A stretch of 25,426 bases of DNA from a virus (lineage: Duplodnaviria; Caudoviricetes), in IMG/VR virus record IMGVR_UViG_3300004691_000003, positions 1 to 25,426 of that record; one strand, given 5' to 3'. The notes below the pieces were generated by a model. The model was not told where the DNA came from. It did not search any database and saw nothing but the letters and a program-made list of their open reading frames with translations. A program made the translations under genes and the position numbers. Below, piece after piece: positions 1-7,573 of the stretch. The first letter of the stretch is position 1. Every line of letters starts with the position of its first letter.

Positions 1-179
1 TTCCTAAGGTCAGTAATCTCCTCATCGGGATTCTTGAGCCCTGCTCTGGCTATGTATTTAACCGCATTTCCGCGATTAAAATTCATGCACTCCGTGATCG
101 TGATGATCTCTACAGGGTATGTATCCTTGTAGTGGGACGGATTTACGGGATCGTTTGTTCCCTCTAAGAATGTGGTCAT
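1..179 (-). CDS. DUF3310-family protein (SaV / T7 gp1.7 nucleotide-kinase-related), 3' end runs off the window
   Basis: Not in the ORF track; translated by hand from ATG at 179: MTTFLEGTNDPVNPSHYKDTYPVEIITITECMNFNRGNAVKYIARAGLKNPDEEITDLRK. It has the family motifs D-P-V-N-P-S-H-Y, F-x-x-G-N-A-V-K-Y-I-x-R-A-G-x-K and D-L-x-K. Confidence 0.88.
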   Translation of the reverse strand, partial: MTTFLEGTNDPVNPSHYKDTYPVEIITITECMNFNRGNAVKYIARAGLKNPDEEITDLR

Positions 180-184
180 GTGGT

Positions 185-2401
185 TTAGGGAGCGATTGAC
201 GAATACTTGCTAGCGAGCTTCACCTTGTCAATCATCAATTTTTGAGCCGTCTTCCGATCCTGAAGCATCATCTGGTGTTGAGCTTTTGCTTGCTTGATCT
301 GGGCATCTGATTGGAATTTCGCCCTGTCCAGCATGATCTTATTCTGGGCAACTGCCATCTTCGGATCTTGCTGGGGGGACTGTTGCTGTTGCTGTTCGGC
401 CTCCCTTTGTGCCATGTCTTCAGCCATGCGATAAAGCTGATCAGCGATCTTCATAAGCTCGCTCGTCTGCTCATTGATCTCATTGAACTGCTCTTCCCTC
501 GTCGGGTCTTCCTTGAGGAACTGGAGATGCGTGAGGATGTGCGGAATGGCAGACTGAAGAGACTGACTAGCCTGACGCGGATCTTCCTGTTGATTCTGCA
601 CCTTCTCAATGATCTGACCGGAATACTGCAGGTGGACTTGGAGGTGAACGTAGTGGTTCTGATCGGGATCAATCAGCACCTGACCACCAACCGTGAAGGC
701 ATTGTTTTCCAGCGAGGCAATCGAAAGCTCGTTGCCTTCTGGCTTCGTCTCTTCGGGAATTCCGTAAGTCTCCACACCCGTCTGTCCAGCGATAGCCGCA
801 ATGTTGGCGTTAATCACCCGCTTGCGGTTGCTCTCCGGTAGCTGGGGAAGATATTCCTGGATCATCTTCATCGCCTGGATACGGGCGGCAGAGCTTCCCT
901 GTCCAATAGAACGGGTAGCCTTCACGCTCTCAATATCCAGCAATGCCGCTTTGGGAACTCCTCTCCTCATGCAAGCCTCTTGGAACTGAATAGCCTCGGG
1001 GCCACCATGATCTTCTTCCAAAATATTGGGATTGGTAGCACGGCGATAAACTTCCTTGTAGTGGAGATCCAGAGCTTGCAGATAGATTTCAGCACGGGTG
1101 TTGGTGAGTCGGCTCTTCTCTCCAATCTCAGCCTCAACTTCCTTATTGCCCTTCTTCCTGCCACCCGATACGGAAGGCAGGAAGCCACCCGTTTCGTCGC
1201 TCTCTTGTCCTTGGAAGAACTGAGCCACCTGCATTGCAGGAGCGAGCTTGCTTGTCGTAGAGGTCTGGACAAAGTTCACGCCAGAGGGCAACACCTTCCA
1301 AGGGCCGATCTGAACAGTCTTGATCTGCTCTGCGTCCTTTGCCGTGTTGGGCTGGATCATCACCGCAGAGTCCACAATCACCCCCTCACAGAGAGAGTTG
1401 TTGATTCGGTTCATGGCCTCTGCCCACTTGAACAACTGCTGTCCAAGTCCCCTCACGCCATGATAGTAGCCATTTCCCACTCCGTTCAAAAACACCGTGA
1501 AGGCATTAGAGAACTTCTTGTAGCGGGAAGGCATCTCGCAGAGCCACTCCGTCGAGTTGAGACGATCAAAGATGTAGTGACTCACCCTTCCGTCATATTC
1601 CTTAACGAACATATGAGCCACCTTGATGATGCGGCTCTTTGCATAGGAATAATAAAGTCCGTTGTTACGGAGTTCCCTCTGATACCACTCGTAGGGTCTG
1701 CGCTGATCTTGCTGATCCACACGGGCATCCATGATGGCTTGCTCGCATTGCTCCACATTCCAGCCGCCCCTCTCTGCCGCATCGGGATTCTCAATGTAGC
1801 GATAGAGTTCCTCGCAATACATATCGTCCAAGAGATAGCAGAACTCCCAATCATCTTGGTTCACTCCAGCCCCCTTGGGAACGACAAGGCTCCAAGGCTC
1901 AATAGCCTTTGCCTTGAACGTAGTTCCGTCAGGCCAATACATACAAGCCTGACCATGAATCACCAACTGCTTATGAGCGACTTGGTGATTGGCTAGAAAC
2001 CCTGGGTTTGCACGATCAAGGAGATCATGGAACTCTTCTGAAATGATTCGACTCCACTCCTCCCTCTTTCCCATGTCCTTGCCATGCTTGGTCGTAACCG
2101 TGGCATAAGTACCAACAGAAGTGAGAATGTCAAAGTAAGGGATAACAGCCGCTTCCACCTTCGCATTGGCATGGCCCCAATTGACGTTGATACGATCTGC
2201 CTGACCCAACTCTCTAAGTTGCTGGTCATTATAAGGAGGGTTTCCATCAATAATTCCTTGAATCTGGGATCTGCGGTAAGAAGCAATAGCGTCATCATCA
2301 AGGAGAGTGAAGAGCATACTCCGTGCCGACCCTGCACTATCAATCCTCGTACGAGGAGGTTTCTCGCCAACATTGGGGTCTTGGAGTCCGTATGTAATCA
2401 T
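185..2401 (-). CDS. Portal (head-tail connector) protein, podovirus/P22-like, about 738 aa
   Basis: Start reassigned to ATG 2401 (ATGA overlap with the upstream stop). Size, a helical N-terminus, the portal-like segment YYHGVRGLGQQLFKWAEAMNRINNSLCEGVIVDSAVMI and a Gln-rich coiled-coil C-terminal barrel fit a portal. Recognised by eye only. Confidence 0.75.
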   Translation of the reverse strand: MITYGLQDPNVGEKPPRTRIDSAGSARSMLFTLLDDDAIASYRRSQIQGIIDGNPPYNDQQLRELGQADRINVNWGHANAKVEAAVIPYFDILTSVGTYATVTTKHGKDMGKREEWSRIISEEFHDLLDRANPGFLANHQVAHKQLVIHGQACMYWPDGTTFKAKAIEPWSLVVPKGAGVNQDDWEFCYLLDDMYCEELYRYIENPDAAERGGWNVEQCEQAIMDARVDQQDQRRPYEWYQRELRNNGLYYSYAKSRIIKVAHMFVKEYDGRVSHYIFDRLNSTEWLCEMPSRYKKFSNAFTVFLNGVGNGYYHGVRGLGQQLFKWAEAMNRINNSLCEGVIVDSAVMIQPNTAKDAEQIKTVQIGPWKVLPSGVNFVQTSTTSKLAPAMQVAQFFQGQESDETGGFLPSVSGGRKKGNKEVEAEIGEKSRLTNTRAEIYLQALDLHYKEVYRRATNPNILEEDHGGPEAIQFQEACMRRGVPKAALLDIESVKATRSIGQGSSAARIQAMKMIQEYLPQLPESNRKRVINANIAAIAGQTGVETYGIPEETKPEGNELSIASLENNAFTVGGQVLIDPDQNHYVHLQVHLQYSGQIIEKVQNQQEDPRQASQSLQSAIPHILTHLQFLKEDPTREEQFNEINEQTSELMKIADQLYRMAEDMAQREAEQQQQQSPQQDPKMAVAQNKIMLDRAKFQSDAQIKQAKAQHQMMLQDRKTAQKLMIDKVKLASKYSSIAP

Positions 2402-3054
2402 AGATGAAGGTTTGCAGAAGCCTCTTGGATGGTGGAGGCTTTCAGCCAGCACCAGTCAGGACGCGAGTTAGTTATCTCTTCTTTCTCCCCTTTTAGCAAT
2501 ATATTTTTATTGACATGAACAATTGCTTCATTCCGACACCCGCAAACCCCGCAGTTCTTTAGCGCATGATCATAGGGAGTTGAGCGACCCCCTTTAACTT
2601 TCGCCACGTTATTAGTTATTGCTTGCCCAATAGCGCATCCTCCACAGAAGTTAGACTGCTGATTAAGATAGCACCTGCTACAGAGTTCAGCCCTCCGGTT
2701 GGCCTCCACCTGATGCACAAACACATCCTTTCCCGAAACCGCTTGCCCTATAAGGTAGGTGAGGGATACCAATCCCTTAAGAATGGCATCTCCGGTCATG
2801 TCTGCCCTTGGATGGCGTTGACCATCTTGATAGAAGCAGAACTCTGGTGGGATGGACTTGCATAGCATATCTTCCACAATCGCCTTCCAGTTATCGGGGA
2901 GGGGAATGCCGTTGGCGTTGTAGTGCTTCTGGATGTCGTTGAACAATTGTTCTAACGTGTAGGAGGGGCCAACTGTGTAGCCAGTCTCAGGGGCCGTGAA
3001 GGAGTAGTCCCCTGGCACTCCCCCGCTGGGATTCTTAATCTTCAAAAAACTCAT
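2398..3054 (-). CDS. Cys-rich putative metal-binding protein, 218 aa
   Basis: Start reassigned to ATG 3054, preceded by a strong SD (AAGGAGGAGG). Motifs RAELCSRC-x7-CGGC, CGVCGC-x5-H and PDWCW. Confidence 0.8.
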   Translation of the reverse strand: MSFLKIKNPSGGVPGDYSFTAPETGYTVGPSYTLEQLFNDIQKHYNANGIPLPDNWKAIVEDMLCKSIPPEFCFYQDGQRHPRADMTGDAILKGLVSLTYLIGQAVSGKDVFVHQVEANRRAELCSRCYLNQQSNFCGGCAIGQAITNNVAKVKGGRSTPYDHALKNCGVCGCRNEAIVHVNKNILLKGEKEEITNSRPDWCWLKASTIQEASANLHL

Positions 3055-3202
3055 AATCCTCCTCCTTCTTTGCCGCCTCATACCCACTCATGAAGGCATA
3101 TTTCAGATAGTCCCTGTGACCATCTGCGTTCCCATGATTGGACGAGAAATAGCGGCATCCAAAGATGCCATACCATTTATCAAAGAGTTCTTCGTCAGTC
3201 AT
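3035..3202 (-). CDS. Small hypothetical protein (55 aa from MTDEELF; alternative start 3226)
   Basis: Fills the gap between coupled genes. The pattern F-D-K-W-Y ... AFMSGYEAAK is typical of small phage proteins. Start is uncertain. Confidence 0.65.
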   Translation of the reverse strand: MTDEELFDKWYGIFGCRYFSSNHGNADGHRDYLKYAFMSGYEAAKKEEDYEFFED

Positions 3203-3222
3203 AGAATTCATCGTCTTCATCC

Positions 3223-3507
3223 TCATCCTCCAACCAAGGAGGCATTGTGTTCGGAAAACAGATCATATGCTTTAGCGATAATATATGCTGTTGACTCCAC
3301 AGCTTCTTCAGATAGGTCTGGTAGTCGAGCATGGATTGCCTCATGTGCCAGCACATTAACAAAACTGCGAACTCTTCCACTTTTTGCGATTGTGATTCTT
3401 CTTTTTCCATAATCGCAAATGCCGTCGTTGTTTTTTTCAGGATCCCCATAGCCTATTTCCCATTGTTTCCCTTCAATCTCAATCTTTCCGACGAGTTGAA
3501 ATTTCAT
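3223..3507 (-). CDS. Small zincin-like metallopeptidase-fold protein (HExxH)
   Basis: DGICDYGKRRITI ... VLAHEAIHA ... SEEAVE: HExxH with a downstream Glu, the minimal SprT/ImmA-like phage pattern. Confidence 0.75.
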   Translation of the reverse strand: MKFQLVGKIEIEGKQWEIGYGDPEKNNDGICDYGKRRITIAKSGRVRSFVNVLAHEAIHARLPDLSEEAVESTAYIIAKAYDLFSEHNASLVGG

Positions 3508-3590
3508 TTAATGGTATTGTTCCAGAAATAGATCATCAAAAATACGGCTATTGAAACCAGAATCCCTTGTTGGAAATAATCAAATTTCAT
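3504..3590 (-). CDS. 28-aa single-pass membrane microprotein
   Basis: Below the ORF-track cutoff: MKFDYFQQGILVSIAVFLMIYFWNNTIK*. Its start overlaps the upstream gene end and its TGA forms an ATGA overlap with the next start, exactly filling the gap. Confidence 0.65.
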   Translation of the reverse strand: MKFDYFQQGILVSIAVFLMIYFWNNTIK

Positions 3591-3795
3591 TCTTGAGTTT
3601 GTAATAGCGTTTGCGGATAACCATGTTTGGTCTACGCAACCACTTTCCGGTATCCCTCACCACCACTTCATAAGGGATCTTTCCTTTCTTGAGGAGATCC
3701 ACGGCCCCCTCAAGCATCCATTCTTCTTCTTGTGAATAAGGGCCAGCAAGGTCGCTGTATCCCTTCTCAACATACCACTCGTTGCTCTCTTTCAT
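3580..3795 (-). CDS. Hypothetical protein, 71 aa
   Basis: Start reassigned to ATG 3795 (ATGA overlap): MKESNEWYVEKGYSDLAGPY... Confidence 0.7.
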   Translation of the reverse strand: MKESNEWYVEKGYSDLAGPYSQEEEWMLEGAVDLLKKGKIPYEVVVRDTGKWLRRPNMVIRKRYYKLKNEI

Positions 3796-4037
3796 TTCTT
3801 GATAAGTTTGTAATGCATTTCTGGGAATATCCCCCTGCCCTTGGTTTGGATTCTGAATTTCTTTTGATCGCACAGTCCTTTGGAAACAAGGTCGTGAATC
3901 CGTTGGTTCGCGGCGCATTTGGATACATTCATGAGCTTTTGAATCTCGCTCCTCCTGTACCAGCCCTTTGGGACCACATCAACTTCCTTGTTCTTTTCTT
4001 TGGCTATAACTGATAACCATTCATTGATTTCGCTCAT
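3792..4037 (-). CDS. Putative winged-helix DNA-binding protein, 81 aa
   Basis: Start ATG 4037 (ATGA overlap). RRSEIQKLMNVSKCAANQRIHDLVSKGL fits an HTH followed by a basic beta wing. Confidence 0.6.
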   Translation of the reverse strand: MSEINEWLSVIAKEKNKEVDVVPKGWYRRSEIQKLMNVSKCAANQRIHDLVSKGLCDQKKFRIQTKGRGIFPEMHYKLIKK

Positions 4038-4786
4038 ACAGGAAGCCTCCATTCGTTGTCAAACTCCCCCCTTGTGCAGAGCCATACCGCAGAGCCCTTC
4101 TCTCCAATCTCTCCGAATACCAAGCCCTGCCTCCAGGCGAGCGTAGCCCTTCGGGCTTTACTGTATTCTTGCGCTCCCCTTCTGGTGAGAGTTCCTGCAC
4201 AGAACCCCGTACTTTCTTTGATTGTGCGGCCTTCTCCCATTTGCGCCCTATGCGTGTGACCAAAAATGACTTTCCCTCCATACATTTCTGCCATGTCTCG
4301 GGCTGAGTTTTCGTTGTAGATGGTTCCGTGCGTGAAGGTAACGTCTCCAACTTTGTATTGCTGGAACACTCCATCGTAGGGGATTCTCCTCGCTCCGATC
4401 TTCTTGATCTCTTCATCAATCCTGTACTGTGCTTGACTCGCTGCATAACTGACAATGCTGTTTGGACTATTCATCAAGATGGGAATCCTATTCTCGTGGT
4501 TCCCATCAAGAGCGTGAGTGACTTGCAACTCCCGTAGGAATTGCAAGCCACTATCAATATCAGGAGCAACGGGCTCGCTTTCATCGGCAGTTCCCTTCGC
4601 TCCAGACCGGAACGCAGAAGTGTCGCACCAGTCTCCAAGGTGAATGACGAGACTAGGCTTCCACCGATCCCTCATGGCGATAACGCTATCCTTTGCAGTG
4701 GCATCAATGTATTTGCCATGCGAGCAACTCACAGCCAAGAATTTAGTGTATTTCTTGCCTATGGAGAATATCTTATTTTTCTTCAT
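4034..4786 (-). CDS. Calcineurin-like metallophosphoesterase
   Basis: All five motifs in order: SCSHG (variant DxH), HLGDWCD, GNHE, FTHG, FGHTHR. Confidence 0.9.
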   Translation of the reverse strand: MKKNKIFSIGKKYTKFLAVSCSHGKYIDATAKDSVIAMRDRWKPSLVIHLGDWCDTSAFRSGAKGTADESEPVAPDIDSGLQFLRELQVTHALDGNHENRIPILMNSPNSIVSYAASQAQYRIDEEIKKIGARRIPYDGVFQQYKVGDVTFTHGTIYNENSARDMAEMYGGKVIFGHTHRAQMGEGRTIKESTGFCAGTLTRRGAQEYSKARRATLAWRQGLVFGEIGEKGSAVWLCTRGEFDNEWRLPV

Positions 4787-4952
4787 ATCTCTCTAGGATA
4801 CTATTGAGGTAGCCAAACGCCGCATCAGTTTGCTCGTCTGCCTTTTCTCCGTAGTAATATCCGTCCTTTGCAATGATGGTTTGCAAAATAGGAACTACTA
4901 CTTTCGTGACTAGCTCAAAGTCCAGATCGGATAGGTTTATTTCGTTTGGCAT
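4773..4952 (-). CDS. Hypothetical acidic protein, 59 aa
   Basis: Below the ORF-track cutoff: MPNEINLSDLDFELVTKVVVPILQTIIAKDGYYYGEKADEQTDAAFGYLNSILERYEEK*. It overlaps both neighbours by a few codons and fills the gap. Confidence 0.75.
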   Translation of the reverse strand: MPNEINLSDLDFELVTKVVVPILQTIIAKDGYYYGEKADEQTDAAFGYLNSILERYEEK

Positions 4953-5689
4953 AGGGAGACAAGTTCAAATTTGCTTGGATCCTTCTTGCCTGGAGCCACT
5001 CCAGCGTCCACCTTCCCAAGAGCAAGTTCCTGAGCGAGCGTGTAGAGCTTCTCGTCGAACGTGAGGGCTTCGTTCTTCCCATCAAACTCCACGGAGTAAA
5101 GAGTCCACTTCTTTGCGGCCCCTTCCTTGGATTGAGCCGCCACCTTTACTCCAGTGATCTCCACTCCCCTCCATGTGCCTGTAGCGGCTTGAGCGGGGCG
5201 AGGAGCCTCATCCTTCTTGTCCATAATCTTTGCAACGGCTGGACGGGCTTCCTCCTTCTTGTGGAGTCCGGTACTCACGTTCCCGTCATCATCATCCTCA
5301 GAGGCAATACCAAGCACGGCGGCTAGGGCATAGCGACGAGCATACGTTATGGCCGATCCAACACCCTGCGGGGACTGATCTTTGAGGGGGAGGAAAAGCG
5401 TGGAGGTGGAGCAATATCCACCTTCATGAAGGATGGTGGTTTCAACACCAGCAGTTCCCTCTTCAAACAATGGTTGCTGAATCACAGCAAGACCGTGCTT
5501 CTTGAGGATGGGTCGGGTGGCATCAATGATCGCATCCAGAGGAGCATACTTGCTCTTGAAGTACGGATTAGCGGCAGTTTTTGCCACATTGGATAGCTCT
5601 CCAACGGCGGCTACAAGAGCCTTGGAATAGGCTATCTTCTGCTTGTTGATTTCACTCACAGCTTGATCAATGATTTCTTCTGCGTTCAT
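4937..5689 (-). CDS. erf: ERF-family single-strand annealing protein (recombinase), 250 aa
   Basis: NPYFKSKYAPLDAII, HGLAVIQ and the signature QGVGSAITYARRYALAAVLGIASEDDDDGN. Start reassigned to ATG 5689 (ATGA overlap). Confidence 0.93.
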   Translation of the reverse strand: MNAEEIIDQAVSEINKQKIAYSKALVAAVGELSNVAKTAANPYFKSKYAPLDAIIDATRPILKKHGLAVIQQPLFEEGTAGVETTILHEGGYCSTSTLFLPLKDQSPQGVGSAITYARRYALAAVLGIASEDDDDGNVSTGLHKKEEARPAVAKIMDKKDEAPRPAQAATGTWRGVEITGVKVAAQSKEGAAKKWTLYSVEFDGKNEALTFDEKLYTLAQELALGKVDAGVAPGKKDPSKFELVSLCQTK

Positions 5690-5859
5690 TTGTGGAGTCC
5701 TACGAAAAGGACGGTGAGGGCTGAGAGGCCAATGGAGCAGGAAGCAATCCATTGGAGGGAGATGATACGGGCCTCAAGACGCAATACTGACTCTTGAACT
5801 TCGTGATCCCACTTGATGACAAGTGTGGTTTCTTCTGTCTTCTGTTGTGTTTTTCTCAT
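5686..5859 (-). CDS. Small protein with C-terminal transmembrane segment, 57 aa
   Basis: Not in the track: MRKTQQKTEETTLVIKWDHEVQESVLRLEARIISLQWIASCSIGLSALTVLFVGLHK*. A/C-rich leader (AATAAAACCAAACC) and an ATGA overlap with erf. Confidence 0.72.
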   Translation of the reverse strand: MRKTQQKTEETTLVIKWDHEVQESVLRLEARIISLQWIASCSIGLSALTVLFVGLHK

Positions 5860-5878
5860 GGTTTGGTTTTATTGGGTA

Positions 5879-6013
5879 TTAGCCTCGGTCATCAATCTCA
5901 ATCGACAAATCGTCGATGAAAGCAATGGCCTCGTCTAAAGTGGAACGGAGTTGCTCAAGACCGTCTTTGATGCGGTCTAGCTTCTCCTCTGGTGATTCAA
6001 ATTCTTCCGTCAT
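5879..6013 (-). CDS. Small acidic helical protein, 44 aa
   Basis: Not in the track: MTEEFESPEEKLDRIKDGLEQLRSTLDEAIAFIDDLSIEIDDRG*. Heptad-like pattern; first gene after the intergenic gap. Confidence 0.7.
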   Translation of the reverse strand: MTEEFESPEEKLDRIKDGLEQLRSTLDEAIAFIDDLSIEIDDRG

Positions 6014-6023
6014 GGCGTGAAGA

Positions 6024-6052
6024 GTTCTATGCAGGACTCCAAAGGATCACAA
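6024..6052 (-). promoter_or_regulatory. Candidate sigma70-type promoter for the erf/small-gene/portal run
   Basis: TTGTGA-N17-TAGAAC ending 10 nt before ATG 6013. Imperfect consensus. Confidence 0.3.
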
Positions 6053-6060
6053 GAAAATCT

Positions 6061-6080
6061 TTGTTACAAAATTGTAACAA
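6061..6080. promoter_or_regulatory. Perfect inverted repeat, operator-like
   Basis: TTGTTACAA-AA-TTGTAACAA: 9-bp perfect arms with a 2-nt spacer, in one of the few sizeable non-coding gaps. Confidence 0.65.
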
Positions 6081-6088
6081 TTCAATGC

Positions 6089-6120
6089 TTGACACAATCT
6101 CCTGTTTCCCCTTAAGAATC
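6089..6120 (+). promoter_or_regulatory. Promoter-like motif copy 1 (points antisense into the lysin gene)
   Basis: TTGACACAATC-N12-TTAAGAATC with a perfect -35 hexamer; matches the copy at 14562-14593 in both blocks and in spacing. Confidence 0.45.
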
Positions 6121-6125
6121 CCCTT

Positions 6126-6554
6126 CTATCCCAGTGCCGCTTGCCTCAAGTCTTCTGTTCTAGCCAACCACCCTTTCAAGAACTTCCTGCTAGTCGGTTT
6201 CTTCCTAGCCAATTCTTCATAAAAGTCTTCTTGAAGATCCAAAAATTTAGAAGCATCTCTTCCGCTTCCTCGTATCCACTCTTGCGCTCTTGACATCCCG
6301 CAATTCACGCAAGCATTAAAGAATACCCAGTCAAGAGGGGGCGTGATGTGTTCGCATCCATCCTTAATCCACTCGCTCCAGTAGATGTCGGTGGCATCAG
6401 ATGCCGTAAGGTTTTTTATGTTGGTGTTTGGATGAGATCGTTGATCTATGCCGTATTTTGTAGCACCACCTGGATCATCAGGATCATTCTCATACTTGGT
6501 TCCTTCCCACTTTAAGATCCAAGGAATGATGATGTTCTTGAACCTATCGGTCAT
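6126..6554 (-). CDS. Endolysin, glycoside hydrolase family 108, with C-terminal PG-binding-type helix, 142 aa
   Basis: WEGTKYENDPDDPGGATKYGI, A-x-x-I-Y-x-x-x-W, VFFNACVNCG and C-terminal KFLKGWLAR. Start reassigned to ATG 6554. Confidence 0.92.
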   Translation of the reverse strand: MTDRFKNIIIPWILKWEGTKYENDPDDPGGATKYGIDQRSHPNTNIKNLTASDATDIYWSEWIKDGCEHITPPLDWVFFNACVNCGMSRAQEWIRGSGRDASKFLDLQEDFYEELARKKPTSRKFLKGWLARTEDLRQAALG

Positions 6555-6924
6555 AGAGGTCGTCGTAATACCGTGGCTTATGAACCCTTCCAACCTCAAG
6601 ACTCTCCACAGGCTGGTTGCTCTCCACCACTTCTTCATTCCTTTCGTCCTCGTCCATGTGCGTGAGGGCAGACATGGCCTTCCAGTCCATAGCGGCCTGT
6701 CCCGTGATGAGCGTGGTGGCTAATGCCCCAAAGAATAGAACAACCAGATTTGCGAGTTCAACAATCTCCTTTGCGGCTTCAGCGTGGGAAAGGATGAGGA
6801 AGGAAGCCCCCACAAAAACAAGCAATACGCAAGTGCCAGTAACAAAAGCATAGATCGCTTTCTTGCTCTGCGAGGGACGCTCCTCAAGTTTGTTTTTGAT
6901 TACAGTCGCCCTAGAATTAGCCAT
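6544..6924 (-). CDS. Holin/antiholin-like two-TM membrane protein, 126 aa
   Basis: Basic N-terminus, two hydrophobic segments (AIYAFVTGTCVLLVFVGASFLIL; LANLVVLFFGALATTLITGQAAM) and an acidic tail; directly upstream of the lysin. Confidence 0.6.
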   Translation of the reverse strand: MANSRATVIKNKLEERPSQSKKAIYAFVTGTCVLLVFVGASFLILSHAEAAKEIVELANLVVLFFGALATTLITGQAAMDWKAMSALTHMDEDERNEEVVESNQPVESLEVGRVHKPRYYDDLYDR

Positions 6925-7373
6925 GAGATTCCGTAAGTTGCCAGAGTCAGGCCAATGGGAATCCAAGGGCTAATCACACTCAACCGCCATGTAGTAAAAG
7001 CCATAGCCGCCGCAAGCAGACCAGAGATGATAAAGAGGAGGTGATGGAAATTCCCAATACGCGACTCAAGAGACTGAATCTGCTTTTGCTTTGAGAGATC
7101 GTCGTTCTTCCACCAATCGCGCTCTCCTTGCATAGCATCCGCTTGCTTTTGGACTTGCTCAACCTGGGATTTTGCTTGCTCGACTTGAGCCTGTGCTTCC
7201 TGCACAAGAGGCTGGATTTCCTTGGGTTTGGCATGAGCTATTCTCTTGATTGTCTTGTCTGCATTGTCAATTGATGCAATCGCAGGACGGGTATCAACCA
7301 CCAAAGGCTTGTGATTCGCACATCCTGCTAGGCAGAAGATTGCAGAAACCGCAATGATTTGTGGAGATTTCAT
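6900..7373 (-). CDS. Lipoprotein with coiled coil and C-terminal TM segments (unimolecular-spanin-like), 157 aa
   Basis: Start ATG 7373 (ATGA overlap). Signal peptide and lipobox MKSPQIIAVSAIFCLAG-C, Gln-rich heptads, two hydrophobic C-terminal segments; lies within the lysis cluster. Confidence 0.7.
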   Translation of the reverse strand: MKSPQIIAVSAIFCLAGCANHKPLVVDTRPAIASIDNADKTIKRIAHAKPKEIQPLVQEAQAQVEQAKSQVEQVQKQADAMQGERDWWKNDDLSKQKQIQSLESRIGNFHHLLFIISGLLAAAMAFTTWRLSVISPWIPIGLTLATYGISWLILGRL

Positions 7374-7573
7374 TTTCCCTGACGGGCTTTCAAGTCGTGA
7401 TAACAATCGTAGATAAGTTTTACCAAAGAAATGAAACCAACAAGAAGACCCAAAACCAAGCTCACAACACGCAATTCAAAATCCAAAATCGGATCCAAGC
7501 TAATAACAGCCGCCCCAATAGGGGCAATAGTTCCGATAGTTCCGGTGTAGAGGGTGTTATGAGCGGGGTGCAT
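7370..7573 (-). CDS. Small membrane protein, holin candidate, 67 aa
   Basis: One weak and one strong hydrophobic segment (VVSLVLGLLVGFISLVKLIY) with a basic C-terminus; first gene of the lysis cluster; TAATG coupling. Confidence 0.6.
   Translation of the reverse strand: MHPAHNTLYTGTIGTIAPIGAAVISLDPILDFELRVVSLVLGLLVGFISLVKLIYDCYHDLKARQGK

Noticed and set aside
311-2407. Plus-strand ORFs (176, 338, 107 aa) opposite the portal
   Set aside because: Same in-register antisense shadow caused by codon bias; no RBS or motifs.
6126-6546. TAG stops on the lysin and holin-like genes as a sign of stop-codon recoding
   Set aside because: Genes are full-length under the standard code, no ORF is interrupted by TAG or TGA, and no suppressor tRNA is visible.
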